Positions 7,828 to 16,365 of a DNA stretch of 35,000 bases are shown piece by piece. How positions within the stretch are numbered: position 1 is the stretch's first letter; the number at the start of each line of letters is the position of its first letter. Below the pieces are notes generated by a model, which did not search any database, was not told the DNA's origin, and saw only the letters and a program-made list of their open reading frames with translations. The stretch spans positions 1-35,000 of the forward strand of contig JAHJRB010000015.1 in the NCBI GenBank assembly GCA_018831025.1, read 5' to 3'. A program made the translations under genes and the position numbers. Source of the DNA: Nanobdellota archaeon (GTDB taxonomy: Archaea > Nanobdellota > Nanobdellia > SCGC-AAA011-G17 > ARS1403).

Positions 7828-10261
7828 AGATAAATTAGAGAAATTACCTGGAGTTGGTGCAGCTACTGCAGAAAAATTAACCCTTGCTGGTTTTGATAAT
7901 TTAATGGCGATTGCTGTTGCTAGTCCTGGTGAATTAGTTGAAGCTGCAGGAGTAACCGAACCTACAGCAAGGAAAATAATTAATGCTGCTAGGGATAAAT
8001 TAAAAATGGGATTTGAAAGCGGAGAAGACTTGCTTAAAAAAAGAGAAGAGATAATTAAGATTAGTACTGGAAGCAAGGCTTTCGATGAATTATTAGGGGG
8101 GGGAATTGAAACAGGAGCAATAACTGAAGCTTACGGTGCATATGGTAGTGGAAAAACTACCTTGGGGCATCAATTATCGGTTAATGTTCAACTACCCATC
8201 GCGGAAGGCGGAGCAGAAGGAATGGCTGTTTGGATTGATTCTGAAGGAACTATAAGACCAGAATATATTAAAAAAATAGCGGAAGCAAAAGGATTAGATG
8301 CGAGCAAAATCTTAAAAAATTTTAGAGGAGTTAGGGCATTTAATTCTGACCATCAGATGTTGCTATCTGAAAAAATTGAAGACTTGATAAAAGACGGATT
8401 GCCAGTTAAATTGTTGATTATTGATTCTTTGATGGGACATTTTAGAAGTGAATTCAGTGGAAGAGGGATGTTGGCTGATAGACAACAAAAACTGAATAAA
8501 CATATGCATAGTTTGCTTAAGTTAGCGCATACCCATAGCATTGCAGTCTATATTACTAATCAAGTAATGGCTAGACCGGATATGTTTTTTGGAGATCCTA
8601 CCGAGGCTATTGGTGGACATGTGTTGGCTCATGCATGCGTAACAGGCGATACATTAATACAGCTTTCGGATGGGGCTATATTGCCAATAGAGAAATTAAA
8701 AGGACCAACTAATTTGATTTCTTTGAATTTAAATGGAGATTTAAAAAATATAAATTCTTTTTGCGATTATGGCTCTATTAGGGATAACATAAGTAAAATA
8801 TTTGAGATTCATACAAATGGGATTATTCAAGCGTCCCCTTTGCATAAATTTTTTAGATTAAATGGATTTTCTATTGAAGAAGTAGAAGCTAAGGAGATAA
8901 AGGTGGGGGATTTTATAGCCTGTCTTAATAACATAAATATTGATGGGGTTGAACAAAGGCTTCCAGAAATAAATGCTAAAGAGATGATAAGTGTTACTAA
9001 ACAAGGTAGCGATTTTATTAAGTATAAACTAGAAGAACTTGATTTGAGTAGGGAAGATGTTTGCAAGAATTTGAATATAAACCCAAGACAGTTACGCAGA
9101 GTGTTGAATCAGGAATATGCTACCGATGTTAATAATATAAATTTGCTAGTCAAGCAAGGTGTTAATGAAAATATCTATGAATTTATAGAACCACATACAT
9201 CTAATAAGTTTAGGGAAATTACAATCCCAAAAACGTTGAATTTAGAATTATCCCAGATTTTGGGTTATTTCATTGGTGATGGGAATATTGATGAATTTGG
9301 CATAAGATTTAAGGATGAAAGGATAGAAGTTTTAGAGGTCTATAATAAACTTTTTAAAAAGTTGTTTAATTTAAACGGGAAGATTTGTAAAGTAAAAGAT
9401 AAGAATTGCTACAATTTAGATATTAATAGTATTGCCGTAAAAAACTTATTTACTGAGATTTTAGATGATGTTTTTTTATACATTTCAAGATCTACAAAAA
9501 AACATATTGCAGCTTTTATTAGAGGTTTTATGGATGCGGAGGGGTATGTTAGTAAAAAAAGAGCAAGAATAACAATTGGACAAAAGAATAATTTGACCTT
9601 GAGATATTTGCAGATGTTACTTTTGAGATTAGGCATTAGAAGTAATTTAAGAAAAACTAATGGAAAAAAGATTTTTAGCTATCTAATTTTTGATGGGCAA
9701 TATTTTTTAAGATTTGCAAAGACTATTGGGGTCACTGCGAGTGATAAGAGAAAACTTCTTGAAAAGCAAATAAAATATTGTGAAAATGATGTAATTTTTA
9801 ATAGAGACTTATTGCCCGTTGAAAGAAAGTTTATTTGGGGTCTTATTAAAGAGATGGGTTTGTCTCCCTCTAAACATATTAAACCTAGACCCTCTGGCTA
9901 TAGATTCTTGAGCAGAGACAATGCAAGAAAGTTGTTGGTTACATTAGAAGGCATAAATGTAAATAATAATAAAATTAAAAATAACCTTAATTTTTTGAAA
10001 TCGTTAATTGATGGAGATGTAAGACTTGAAGAAGTAAAAAGAATTGACATTAAGAAAAATAATGAACCTTTGTATGATATTAGTGTACCTGTTGTAGAGA
10101 ATTATATTGCAAATGGTTTTGTTGTGCATAACTCAACATACAGAGTTTATTTGAGACGAGGCAAAAAAGGAACTAGGGTTGCTAAATTAGTTGATGCTCC
10201 CGCATTGCCGGAAAGCGAGGCTATCTTTATAGTGACGGAAGAGGGAATTAAAGACGTATAA
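7814..10261 (+). CDS. radA: DNA repair and recombination protein RadA, interrupted by an intein
   Basis: It has an N-terminal HhH ([15 protein letters not shown]), Walker [10 protein letters not shown] and Walker [16 protein letters not shown]...GGHVLAHA precedes the intein and [30 protein letters not shown] follows it. The exteins sum to 316 aa. Confidence 0.95.
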   Translation: MMMSEDKLEKLPGVGAATAEKLTLAGFDNLMAIAVASPGELVEAAGVTEPTARKIINAARDKLKMGFESGEDLLKKREEIIKISTGSKAFDELLGGGIETGAITEAYGAYGSGKTTLGHQLSVNVQLPIAEGGAEGMAVWIDSEGTIRPEYIKKIAEAKGLDASKILKNFRGVRAFNSDHQMLLSEKIEDLIKDGLPVKLLIIDSLMGHFRSEFSGRGMLADRQQKLNKHMHSLLKLAHTHSIAVYITNQVMARPDMFFGDPTEAIGGHVLAHACVTGDTLIQLSDGAILPIEKLKGPTNLISLNLNGDLKNINSFCDYGSIRDNISKIFEIHTNGIIQASPLHKFFRLNGFSIEEVEAKEIKVGDFIACLNNINIDGVEQRLPEINAKEMISVTKQGSDFIKYKLEELDLSREDVCKNLNINPRQLRRVLNQEYATDVNNINLLVKQGVNENIYEFIEPHTSNKFREITIPKTLNLELSQILGYFIGDGNIDEFGIRFKDERIEVLEVYNKLFKKLFNLNGKICKVKDKNCYNLDINSIAVKNLFTEILDDVFLYISRSTKKHIAAFIRGFMDAEGYVSKKRARITIGQKNNLTLRYLQMLLLRLGIRSNLRKTNGKKIFSYLIFDGQYFLRFAKTIGVTASDKRKLLEKQIKYCENDVIFNRDLLPVERKFIWGLIKEMGLSPSKHIKPRPSGYRFLSRDNARKLLVTLEGINVNNNKIKNNLNFLKSLIDGDVRLEEVKRIDIKKNNEPLYDISVPVVENYIANGFVVHNSTYRVYLRRGKKGTRVAKLVDAPALPESEAIFIVTEEGIKDV
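8636..10132 (+). mobile_element. 499-aa intein with a LAGLIDADG homing endonuclease domain
   Basis: It starts with Cys ([13 protein letters not shown]) and ends VVHN, followed by +1 Ser. Block B is SPLH. The LAGLIDADG motifs are [10 protein letters not shown] and [12 protein letters not shown]. Block F is [16 protein letters not shown]. Confidence 0.9.
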
Positions 10262-10267
10262 ATAAAC

Positions 10268-10372
10268 GCTCCCGCGCGGATTTGAACCGCGGATTTCAAG
10301 GTTTTTGCTCTGGACCGCAACTTCGCAGATTTTTGAATCTCTTGCGTTCTATCCAAGCTAAACTACGGGAGC
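10268..10372 (-). tRNA. tRNA gene with about 31 extra nt in the anticodon region (intron-containing; isotype unresolved)
   Basis: The reverse complement gives acceptor GCTCCCG/CGGGAGC, D arm GTTT-AGCTTGGATA-GAAC and T arm CGCGG-TTCAAAT-CCGCG. The variable loop is AAATC and the presumptive anticodon stem is CAAGA/CCTTG, with 38 nt between its strands. No CCA is encoded. Confidence 0.7.
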
Positions 10373-10416
10373 TTATTGGTTTTTAGGTATTTCCTGTTTT
10401 TAATCCTTTTCAAAAC

Positions 10417-10425
10417 TTTTATAAA
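10417..10425 (+). promoter_or_regulatory. TATA box for the zinc-finger/aEF-1beta unit
   Basis: AAAACTTTTATAAA lies about 30 nt upstream of ATG 10453. Confidence 0.45.
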
Positions 10426-10452
10426 TCCAATTTTAAGCAATAATTAAAGAAA

Positions 10453-10617
10453 ATGACAATCAGAAAATGCAGTTCATGTAATAAAGGGGTGCAGATAGGT
10501 GCAACTATCTTTATGTGCCCTAAATGTGGTAAAGAAGAAATCATTAGATGCAAGAGTTGTAAAAGGGTAGGTGTAAAATATAAATGTAGGTCTTGTGGCT
10601 TTGGAGGACCTAATTAA
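10453..10617 (+). CDS. small zinc-finger protein, HVO_2753/DUF1610-like (four CxxC motifs)
   Basis: Absent from the ORF track. Translation: MTIRKCSSCNKGVQIGATIFMCPKCGKEEIIRCKSCKRVGVKYKCRSCGFGGPN*. The four CxxC pairs and the C-terminal CxxCGFxGP match the family as I recall it. Confidence 0.7.
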   Translation: MTIRKCSSCNKGVQIGATIFMCPKCGKEEIIRCKSCKRVGVKYKCRSCGFGGPN

Positions 10618-10619
10618 AA

Positions 10620-11120
10620 ATGTTTGAAAGAATTGCCATATATGCAGGATTAAGATCAACTTATCAAGAGTTAGGAAAATATAAAACTGGAATGCCTTTA
10701 ATTCATACTTCTCTAAATTTTCAAAGAGGTCTAATTGTTTTGAAAGATTTAGATGGGGATTTTGATATGGCTTTTAGTAGTTTTGGTTATTTTTTGGTTG
10801 GAGATGGTAATGTTGGGAGTATACATTTTGAAAGAGAAAGAGAGTGGAAAGAGAGAGAAGCTATGAAAAGATTGAGAAGAGGAAATTTAGTTGATGCTAG
10901 AGTAAGTTTAGATGGACATGTTAATGTTGAATTGGATGAGCCAAGAAATGTAAATGCAGGCGGATTGTTTTCACGCATTGAAATAGATAGGCTTAAAGTC
11001 GAACAATATTTAATGGAAAAACACGAAGCTTTTCCAAGATTAAAGAAAAGATATGCGAAAGCTTTAGCCGAAGAAATAGCTATTTATGCAGAAGCTTATC
11101 CTGTGGGAGATGCAGAATAA
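10620..11120 (+). CDS. hypothetical protein (166 aa) between the zinc-finger gene and aEF-1beta
   Basis: The ORF starts 3 nt after the previous stop and ends 1 nt before the ef1b ATG. It has a charged coiled segment (EREREWKEREAMKRLRR). I recognise no family. Confidence 0.55.
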   Translation: MFERIAIYAGLRSTYQELGKYKTGMPLIHTSLNFQRGLIVLKDLDGDFDMAFSSFGYFLVGDGNVGSIHFEREREWKEREAMKRLRRGNLVDARVSLDGHVNVELDEPRNVNAGGLFSRIEIDRLKVEQYLMEKHEAFPRLKKRYAKALAEEIAIYAEAYPVGDAE

Positions 11121-11121
11121 A

Positions 11122-11400
11122 ATGGCTCAAGTCATTGTTACTATAAAAATTATGCCTGAAAGTCCAGAGGTTAGTCTAGAGGATTTAAAATCAGAGGTAG
11201 AATCTAAAATAAAAAAATTTGCTGAAAATACTCCTGTTAGATTTGAGGAACTCCCTATTGGCTTTGGATTAAGTTCGCTTAATGTAACTTTTTCAATGGA
11301 TGAAGCTGGAGAAAGCACTGATAAATTAGAAGAAGATTTGAAAAGAATTGAAGGGATTAGTAATGCTGAAGTAGTTGATATGAGAAGGGCACTTGGTTAA
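11122..11400 (+). CDS. ef1b: translation elongation factor aEF-1 beta
   Basis: MAQVIVTIKIMPESPEVSLEDLK...PIGFGLSSLNVTF...GISNAEVVDMRRAL matches the archaeal EF-1beta pattern. This uses the internal ATG of track ORF 11086. Confidence 0.85.
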   Translation: MAQVIVTIKIMPESPEVSLEDLKSEVESKIKKFAENTPVRFEELPIGFGLSSLNVTFSMDEAGESTDKLEEDLKRIEGISNAEVVDMRRALG

Positions 11401-11436
11401 AAAGTTTTATTAATTAGGGTTTCTTAGATATTTAAA

Positions 11437-11991
11437 ATGGTTAATGAAATTGAAGAAAAATTAAAAGGAATGAGTAAAGAAGAGATTCAAGAGTTAGTAA
11501 AAAAACAGTGTTTGTTCTGCAATATTGTTAATGGGAATATAGAATCTTACAAAGTTTATGAAGATGATAATGTTATGGGTGTTTTAGATATTAATCCAGC
11601 TAATAAAGGACATGTTATACTTTTTCCTAAAGAACATTTACAATTCTTGAATGATTTAGATGAGAAATTATTAGGACATTTATTTGATGTTGTAAATAAG
11701 CTAAGCAATAAAATGATTGATAGATTAAAAGCGAGCGGGATTAATATTTATATTGCAAGCGGACAAGGTGCCGGACAGAATTTACCGCATATAGCTGTGC
11801 ATGTTATTCCAAGATATGAAAATGATAAAATTGCTTTTGGCTGGAATCCTAAAAAATTAAACAAAAATGATTTTGAAAATATCACTAAGGAATTAAAAAC
11901 AAATAAAATTTCTAAAATTGAAGTTAAGAAAGTTAAAAAAATAAAACCTAAAGTTGTAAAGGCAAAGAAATTTGAAGAAAGAGTGCCTTAA
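11437..11991 (+). CDS. HIT-family (histidine triad) nucleotide hydrolase with a Lys-rich C-terminal tail
   Basis: CLFCNIV, DINPANKGHVILFPKEH and the histidine triad HIAVHVIPR are present. Confidence 0.85.
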   Translation: MVNEIEEKLKGMSKEEIQELVKKQCLFCNIVNGNIESYKVYEDDNVMGVLDINPANKGHVILFPKEHLQFLNDLDEKLLGHLFDVVNKLSNKMIDRLKASGINIYIASGQGAGQNLPHIAVHVIPRYENDKIAFGWNPKKLNKNDFENITKELKTNKISKIEVKKVKKIKPKVVKAKKFEERVP

Positions 11992-12866
11992 AGGAAATAA
12001 GAAATTATATTTCCAAAAATTAAAGAAATTATTGTTGCAATTAAAAATGTTGGGGTGAATATTATCCCTTCTTTTATCTCTACTTTCTGAATTTTATTCT
12101 TTTTGAGCAAGGATATCTGCTCTTTATTTAACCCATACATAGGAATTTTTAAAAGTAGTTTGCTGTTTTTGTAAATGTTTTTTGTTAACCAATCACCCTC
12201 TATTAACTCAGAAGGTTTTATGGTTTTGTACATGCAACTTTTTTCCACAGACTTTATGTAAATCCAAAGATACAAGAATAATAAAATAGCGATAGCAATA
12301 AAAAAGAGACTTATTCTTGATAAAAAATTATTTACAATTATTGCAAGCACTATTAACAATATCGAAAGAATTAAAATTATTTTTCTTGGATTCTTTGTTT
12401 TCTTCAAATAAAGATTATACTCTCTTAAAAAATCTTTTTTATGTTTTAGAGATATATAGATTGTGAAAATTAAACTATATATCATCCCTATGATTAAAAT
12501 ATTTAAGAAGATTATTGCCGGGAAATAAATATTATCTAATCTTGGAGAGAAAATGTTTAATAATTGCTTTGGATATGTTGCAAATACTACTGATAATGCC
12601 ATTAGTAATTTAGCATCTCCTCCCCCCCATTGTTTAGAGTAAAACATAATATTGCCGATTAAATAAAAAATTACAAGATTAATTAATGCTATTTTTATAT
12701 AAAAGAAGTCATTATAGGTTATTGAGTATAAAGCTCTTAATGATAATCCAGAGGCTATTAATGAGAAATTCAGCCAGTCTGGTATTTCTGTTGTTTTTTT
12801 ATCAGAGTATGTTGCAATTAATAATCCTGCTAATCCTAAAATTAAAAGTATTAAATCTATAACCAT
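11988..12866 (-). CDS. A24-family archaeal prepilin/preflagellin peptidase (PibD/FlaK/EppA-like)
   Basis: The first catalytic Asp context is ATYSDKKTTEIPDW and the second is GGGDAKLLMAL (GxGD). The protein is polytopic, with an extra soluble segment before the last TM helix. Confidence 0.8.
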   Translation of the reverse strand: MVIDLILLILGLAGLLIATYSDKKTTEIPDWLNFSLIASGLSLRALYSITYNDFFYIKIALINLVIFYLIGNIMFYSKQWGGGDAKLLMALSVVFATYPKQLLNIFSPRLDNIYFPAIIFLNILIIGMIYSLIFTIYISLKHKKDFLREYNLYLKKTKNPRKIILILSILLIVLAIIVNNFLSRISLFFIAIAILLFLYLWIYIKSVEKSCMYKTIKPSELIEGDWLTKNIYKNSKLLLKIPMYGLNKEQISLLKKNKIQKVEIKEGIIFTPTFLIATIISLIFGNIISYFL

Positions 12867-12900
12867 ATCTTTAGAAGATATTTGTTATTATTTAAAAAAC

Positions 12901-12908
12901 TTTATATA
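12901..12908 (+). promoter_or_regulatory. TATA box (AAAAACTTTATATA context)
   Basis: It lies about 30 nt upstream of ATG 12934. Confidence 0.45.
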
Positions 12909-12933
12909 CTTCTTCTTATTTAATATTTTTAAT

Positions 12934-13212
12934 ATGGGAGGGTTATTCATGGATCATAAGATAAAGGTCATAGTTGGTTTAAGTTTTGTTGTATTAGTTT
13001 TGTTTGCTTATATTGGTGCGAATGCTTATGCCAACCAAAAGCAAGTAATTTATAGACAAGGGGTACAAGACGGAGCTTTATTACAGCAACAAGATATTGT
13101 TAGGACCGTTGCTACTACAGGATATGTGGCTTTTAATGTTGTTGGTCAAGATGGACAACCTGTTAATTTAATATTGGCTCCAGTACAACAACAGCAACAA
13201 GCGACTCAATAA
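12934..13212 (+). CDS. small membrane-anchored protein with a Gln-rich C-terminus
   Basis: 92-aa ORF with TM helix VIVGLSFVVLVLFAYIGA and C-terminus PVQQQQQATQ. Confidence 0.5.
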   Translation: MGGLFMDHKIKVIVGLSFVVLVLFAYIGANAYANQKQVIYRQGVQDGALLQQQDIVRTVATTGYVAFNVVGQDGQPVNLILAPVQQQQQATQ

Positions 13213-13229
13213 TAATTCTTTTATTTTTT

Positions 13230-13745
13230 TTATGATAAAAGCATAATTACAGAGTTTAACATCCTACATATAAATGAACCTGCGAACCAGGTGAAGAATA
13301 TTAATCCTATTGTTGGAAGAAAACCTATTAAGTAATTTGTTATTCTAAAATGTAGCATTACCCCAATTATTAGAGATAATGGGATAGGTATTGTTACCAT
13401 CCCCCATGTAAAACCTGCTAAAAATACTATTGGAATGTTAACAACTTTGAATAGAGAATTTACTGAGGAGGTATTTAACATTACTACCCAGAAAATCCCT
13501 ATTGCTAAACTAATTAGCACTGTTATTGGAGTTGAAAGTCCTCCTGTGGATCCTAATATGATGTCCCCGCTAATATTTAAGAATGATGCGAGCAGCGCTA
13601 ACATTAATACAGCTTCCTTTAACATATTTGCTATCCAGGATATTATTACAATGGTTATCAATACACTTAACCAGTTTTCTATAAAATACTTTAATAACTC
13701 GAAGAATACTCTATAAAACAATTCTACACAAATGTTTAAAGTCAT
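13230..13745 (-). CDS. hypothetical polytopic membrane protein
   Basis: 171-aa ORF with 4-5 hydrophobic helices. I recognise no family. Confidence 0.5.
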   Translation of the reverse strand: MTLNICVELFYRVFFELLKYFIENWLSVLITIVIISWIANMLKEAVLMLALLASFLNISGDIILGSTGGLSTPITVLISLAIGIFWVVMLNTSSVNSLFKVVNIPIVFLAGFTWGMVTIPIPLSLIIGVMLHFRITNYLIGFLPTIGLIFFTWFAGSFICRMLNSVIMLLS

Positions 13746-13788
13746 TTATAGTTATAAAGCATAACACCTTAATATTTATTTCGTAACA

Positions 13789-13796
13789 TTTATATA
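13789..13796 (+). promoter_or_regulatory. TATA box for the 13821-18265 cluster
   Basis: TTTATATA lies about 28 nt upstream of ATG 13821. Confidence 0.45.
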
Positions 13797-13820
13797 TTTT
13801 AGAAAGTTAATTTTATAATT

Positions 13821-14984
13821 ATGTTGAAGAAAAGAGGTCAGGCTGGTAATATAGCAACTTTGATTTCTTTAATTGCTCTTTTTATGATAATCTATATTTT
13901 ATTACTGCCGCAGGAAGCAAGGGATGAATTGTTGAATAGAGAAGATGGAATTCCTCAACATATGACGGATGGGATTTCTAGCCAAATTTTATTTTCAAAA
14001 GAAATTGGGGAAGTAAGTCCTTTAAAACAAAGTAGAGGGACTATTCATACTATTTCAGGGGTTAATTTATTTAGTAATGTTGAAAGTGAGATTATAACAT
14101 TGGCTAATAACATTTTAGTTAATAAAGGAATAATAAGTGAAAATTCTCAAAAATTAGTTTTTTATTTAGAATATCCTGAAGATGTTGAGAAATCTGAGTT
14201 ATATCTAATTATTGATAATGCTGTTGGTAATTTAGTTGTTAGTTTGAATGGTTATGAAATTTTTAATAAAGCTGTTAAGAGCAATAGTCAAGAACTTTTA
14301 GAAATGCCGGTCGGTTATTTGAGAGAAACAAATACAATTGAATTAAGTTCTGCAGCTCCTTTTTTGAGGAGTAGTATGCATGAGTTAAAATCTGTTAGAC
14401 TAAGAAAACAAGTTGAGATTAAAAACAAACAATCAACAAGAATACTTTCAATTCCTGCAAGTGAAATAAAGGATTTAGAAAAAGCTATTTTGAGTTTTTC
14501 AGTATATTGCAGCAGAAATGAAGATCAATTGTTGAATCTAAAACTAAATGGAAAATTAGTTTATAGTGATGTTCCTTTCTGTAACTTACAAAGAACTGAA
14601 ATAGAGATAGATTCTTCATTTATTAATAGTGGAGTAAATGAATTAATTCTTGAGAGTGAAGGGGATTATACATTAGAGCAGGTAGAATGGGAAAGTTTGT
14701 TGAGGGGGGAGCGAGCTAGCGAATATGCATTCACAATTAGCGATGATGATTATAATGATGTTAGAAGAGGATTGAAAGATGTATTTGTTGTATTTGATTT
14801 TGCTCTTAGCGATGAAAGAAAGATAATGGAGTTTTATGTTAATGATAAAAAATTTGATATTGATACTAGTGAAAATTCTTACTTTATGACTATTTCTGAC
14901 TACTTAGAAAAAGGTGGAAACTTAATCAGGTTAAGACCAAAAAACAGCTTTGAAATTATTGAAATGAGAGTAGAGCTGGAGTAA
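13821..14984 (+). CDS. large class III signal peptide (pilin-like N-terminus) surface protein
   Basis: N-terminus MLKKRGQAGNIATLISLIALFMIIYILL. The 387-aa body has no domain that I recognise. Confidence 0.7.
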   Translation: MLKKRGQAGNIATLISLIALFMIIYILLLPQEARDELLNREDGIPQHMTDGISSQILFSKEIGEVSPLKQSRGTIHTISGVNLFSNVESEIITLANNILVNKGIISENSQKLVFYLEYPEDVEKSELYLIIDNAVGNLVVSLNGYEIFNKAVKSNSQELLEMPVGYLRETNTIELSSAAPFLRSSMHELKSVRLRKQVEIKNKQSTRILSIPASEIKDLEKAILSFSVYCSRNEDQLLNLKLNGKLVYSDVPFCNLQRTEIEIDSSFINSGVNELILESEGDYTLEQVEWESLLRGERASEYAFTISDDDYNDVRRGLKDVFVVFDFALSDERKIMEFYVNDKKFDIDTSENSYFMTISDYLEKGGNLIRLRPKNSFEIIEMRVELE

Positions 14985-14986
14985 AA

Positions 14987-16327
14987 ATGGCTGAAAGTGT
15001 AGGCGGGGGGAATCCAAAGGGAGTTAAACAAATTCTCGTAGAAGGAGCTAAGGAAGGGGTTCAGAAAAGAGTTGAGAATAAAGTTGCTGGAAGTGGATCT
15101 AGTAGTCCATCTGTTAGTAGCGTTAGTAGCGGGGGTGCAAGCAAGTTTCTAATTTTTTTGATTTTTTTAATTATTGGAGGTTATTTTCTTTGGCCAACTG
15201 TTACTGATTGTATGGAAAGCGGTTTTTGTAAAACAAGAATAATAGAACCGGTTAAGACTGCTTTTAAACCAGTTGGAGAAACGTTTAGCTTTATTGGCAA
15301 GCAGGCAGGAGAAAGTGCTGCTATAATCCGTGGGGAGAAGACTTTTAGTTGGGAGGGAGATGTTGAAGAAAGAAAAAAAGCAGGCATTTGGTTTGAAGGA
15401 GGAAAAACTTATGGAATAACTTTATCTGAGACTGAGTCTGGAGTTGTTGAAACTTTAAGCGGAGAGTTTGGAGCAGTTATTGATGTTGTTGTTGGAAAAA
15501 TTGATGAGAACTTAAAAGAAATAGAAGCGAATATTGGTTGCAGTTTAGAAGAACATGAAGGAATTATAAGAGGAAATCCAGAAGGAAAATTAATTTTAGA
15601 TAATCCCTATCCTGAAGATGAGAGAACATATAGAGGAAGTGATTGTGTTTTTACCGAAGATCCAAATGTTTTAATAAAGAAAAAAGTGGATAAAGATCAG
15701 GTTTATTTTTTGAGTAAAGTTATTTTTAATTTAAATTATTCCTTAAATCCTGAAGTTTATTTGCCTGTGTTTGTTATACCGAAGAAGGAGATTTATGATG
15801 AATTTAGAGGAAGACCAGATGAAGCTTTTAAAGAACTAGCATTTGGACAATATAAAGAGTATAGTTCAGATGTAAGATCTGGGGGGATTAAATCAACTAT
15901 GATTTATATGGCCAATGTGGGAGTTGTTATGAGACTTGTTAATCAACCACTTGGGCTAAATGTAGATCAAATTTTCGGAGTACAATTCAGAAATAAAGAT
16001 ATAAAAAATAAAGCTAGTTTTAAGGGATTTGTTTTTACACTTCCAGATGGTCTAAATATTGGGGGGAGTGCAAAAGTTAGTGGAGGGGATGTTTGTGATT
16101 ACTTTGAACCTGTTGGTACAAGGAGTTATAAATTTAAAGAAGAGTTCTTTGATAGAATAAGCAAACAGTTGAATACGATAGATGGAGAGACAGACTTGTT
16201 CCTATGTAAAGTTGATATTGATAATGCATTTTCAGAAGCTTCTGAAGAATTGGCTAATCTTGGAGATATTGAAGGTAAGCTAAGTTATGACTATACTATC
16301 AGTGAAGAAGTTACCATAAGTAATTAG
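14987..16327 (+). CDS. hypothetical membrane-anchored protein (Ser-rich linker, one TM helix, large ectodomain)
   Basis: 446-aa ORF starting 2 nt after the upstream stop. It has a SGSSSPSVSSVSSGG linker, then the helix FLIFLIFLIIGGYFLW, and the C-terminal motif KLSYDYTISEEVTIS. Confidence 0.6.
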   Translation: MAESVGGGNPKGVKQILVEGAKEGVQKRVENKVAGSGSSSPSVSSVSSGGASKFLIFLIFLIIGGYFLWPTVTDCMESGFCKTRIIEPVKTAFKPVGETFSFIGKQAGESAAIIRGEKTFSWEGDVEERKKAGIWFEGGKTYGITLSETESGVVETLSGEFGAVIDVVVGKIDENLKEIEANIGCSLEEHEGIIRGNPEGKLILDNPYPEDERTYRGSDCVFTEDPNVLIKKKVDKDQVYFLSKVIFNLNYSLNPEVYLPVFVIPKKEIYDEFRGRPDEAFKELAFGQYKEYSSDVRSGGIKSTMIYMANVGVVMRLVNQPLGLNVDQIFGVQFRNKDIKNKASFKGFVFTLPDGLNIGGSAKVSGGDVCDYFEPVGTRSYKFKEEFFDRISKQLNTIDGETDLFLCKVDIDNAFSEASEELANLGDIEGKLSYDYTISEEVTISN

Positions 16328-16333
16328 AAAGTT

Positions 16334-16342
16334 TTTTATATA
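16334..16342 (+). promoter_or_regulatory. TATA box (GAAAGTTTTTTATATA context)
   Basis: It lies about 27 nt upstream of ATG 16366. Confidence 0.45.
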
Positions 16343-16365
16343 TTCTATAGTATATTAAAGTCTAT

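Noticed and set aside
10262-11120. An integrated mobile element using the tRNA gene as its attachment site.
   Set aside because: There is no integrase, transposase or direct repeat of the tRNA 3' end within the window. The flanking genes (zinc finger, aEF-1beta, RadA) are core genes.
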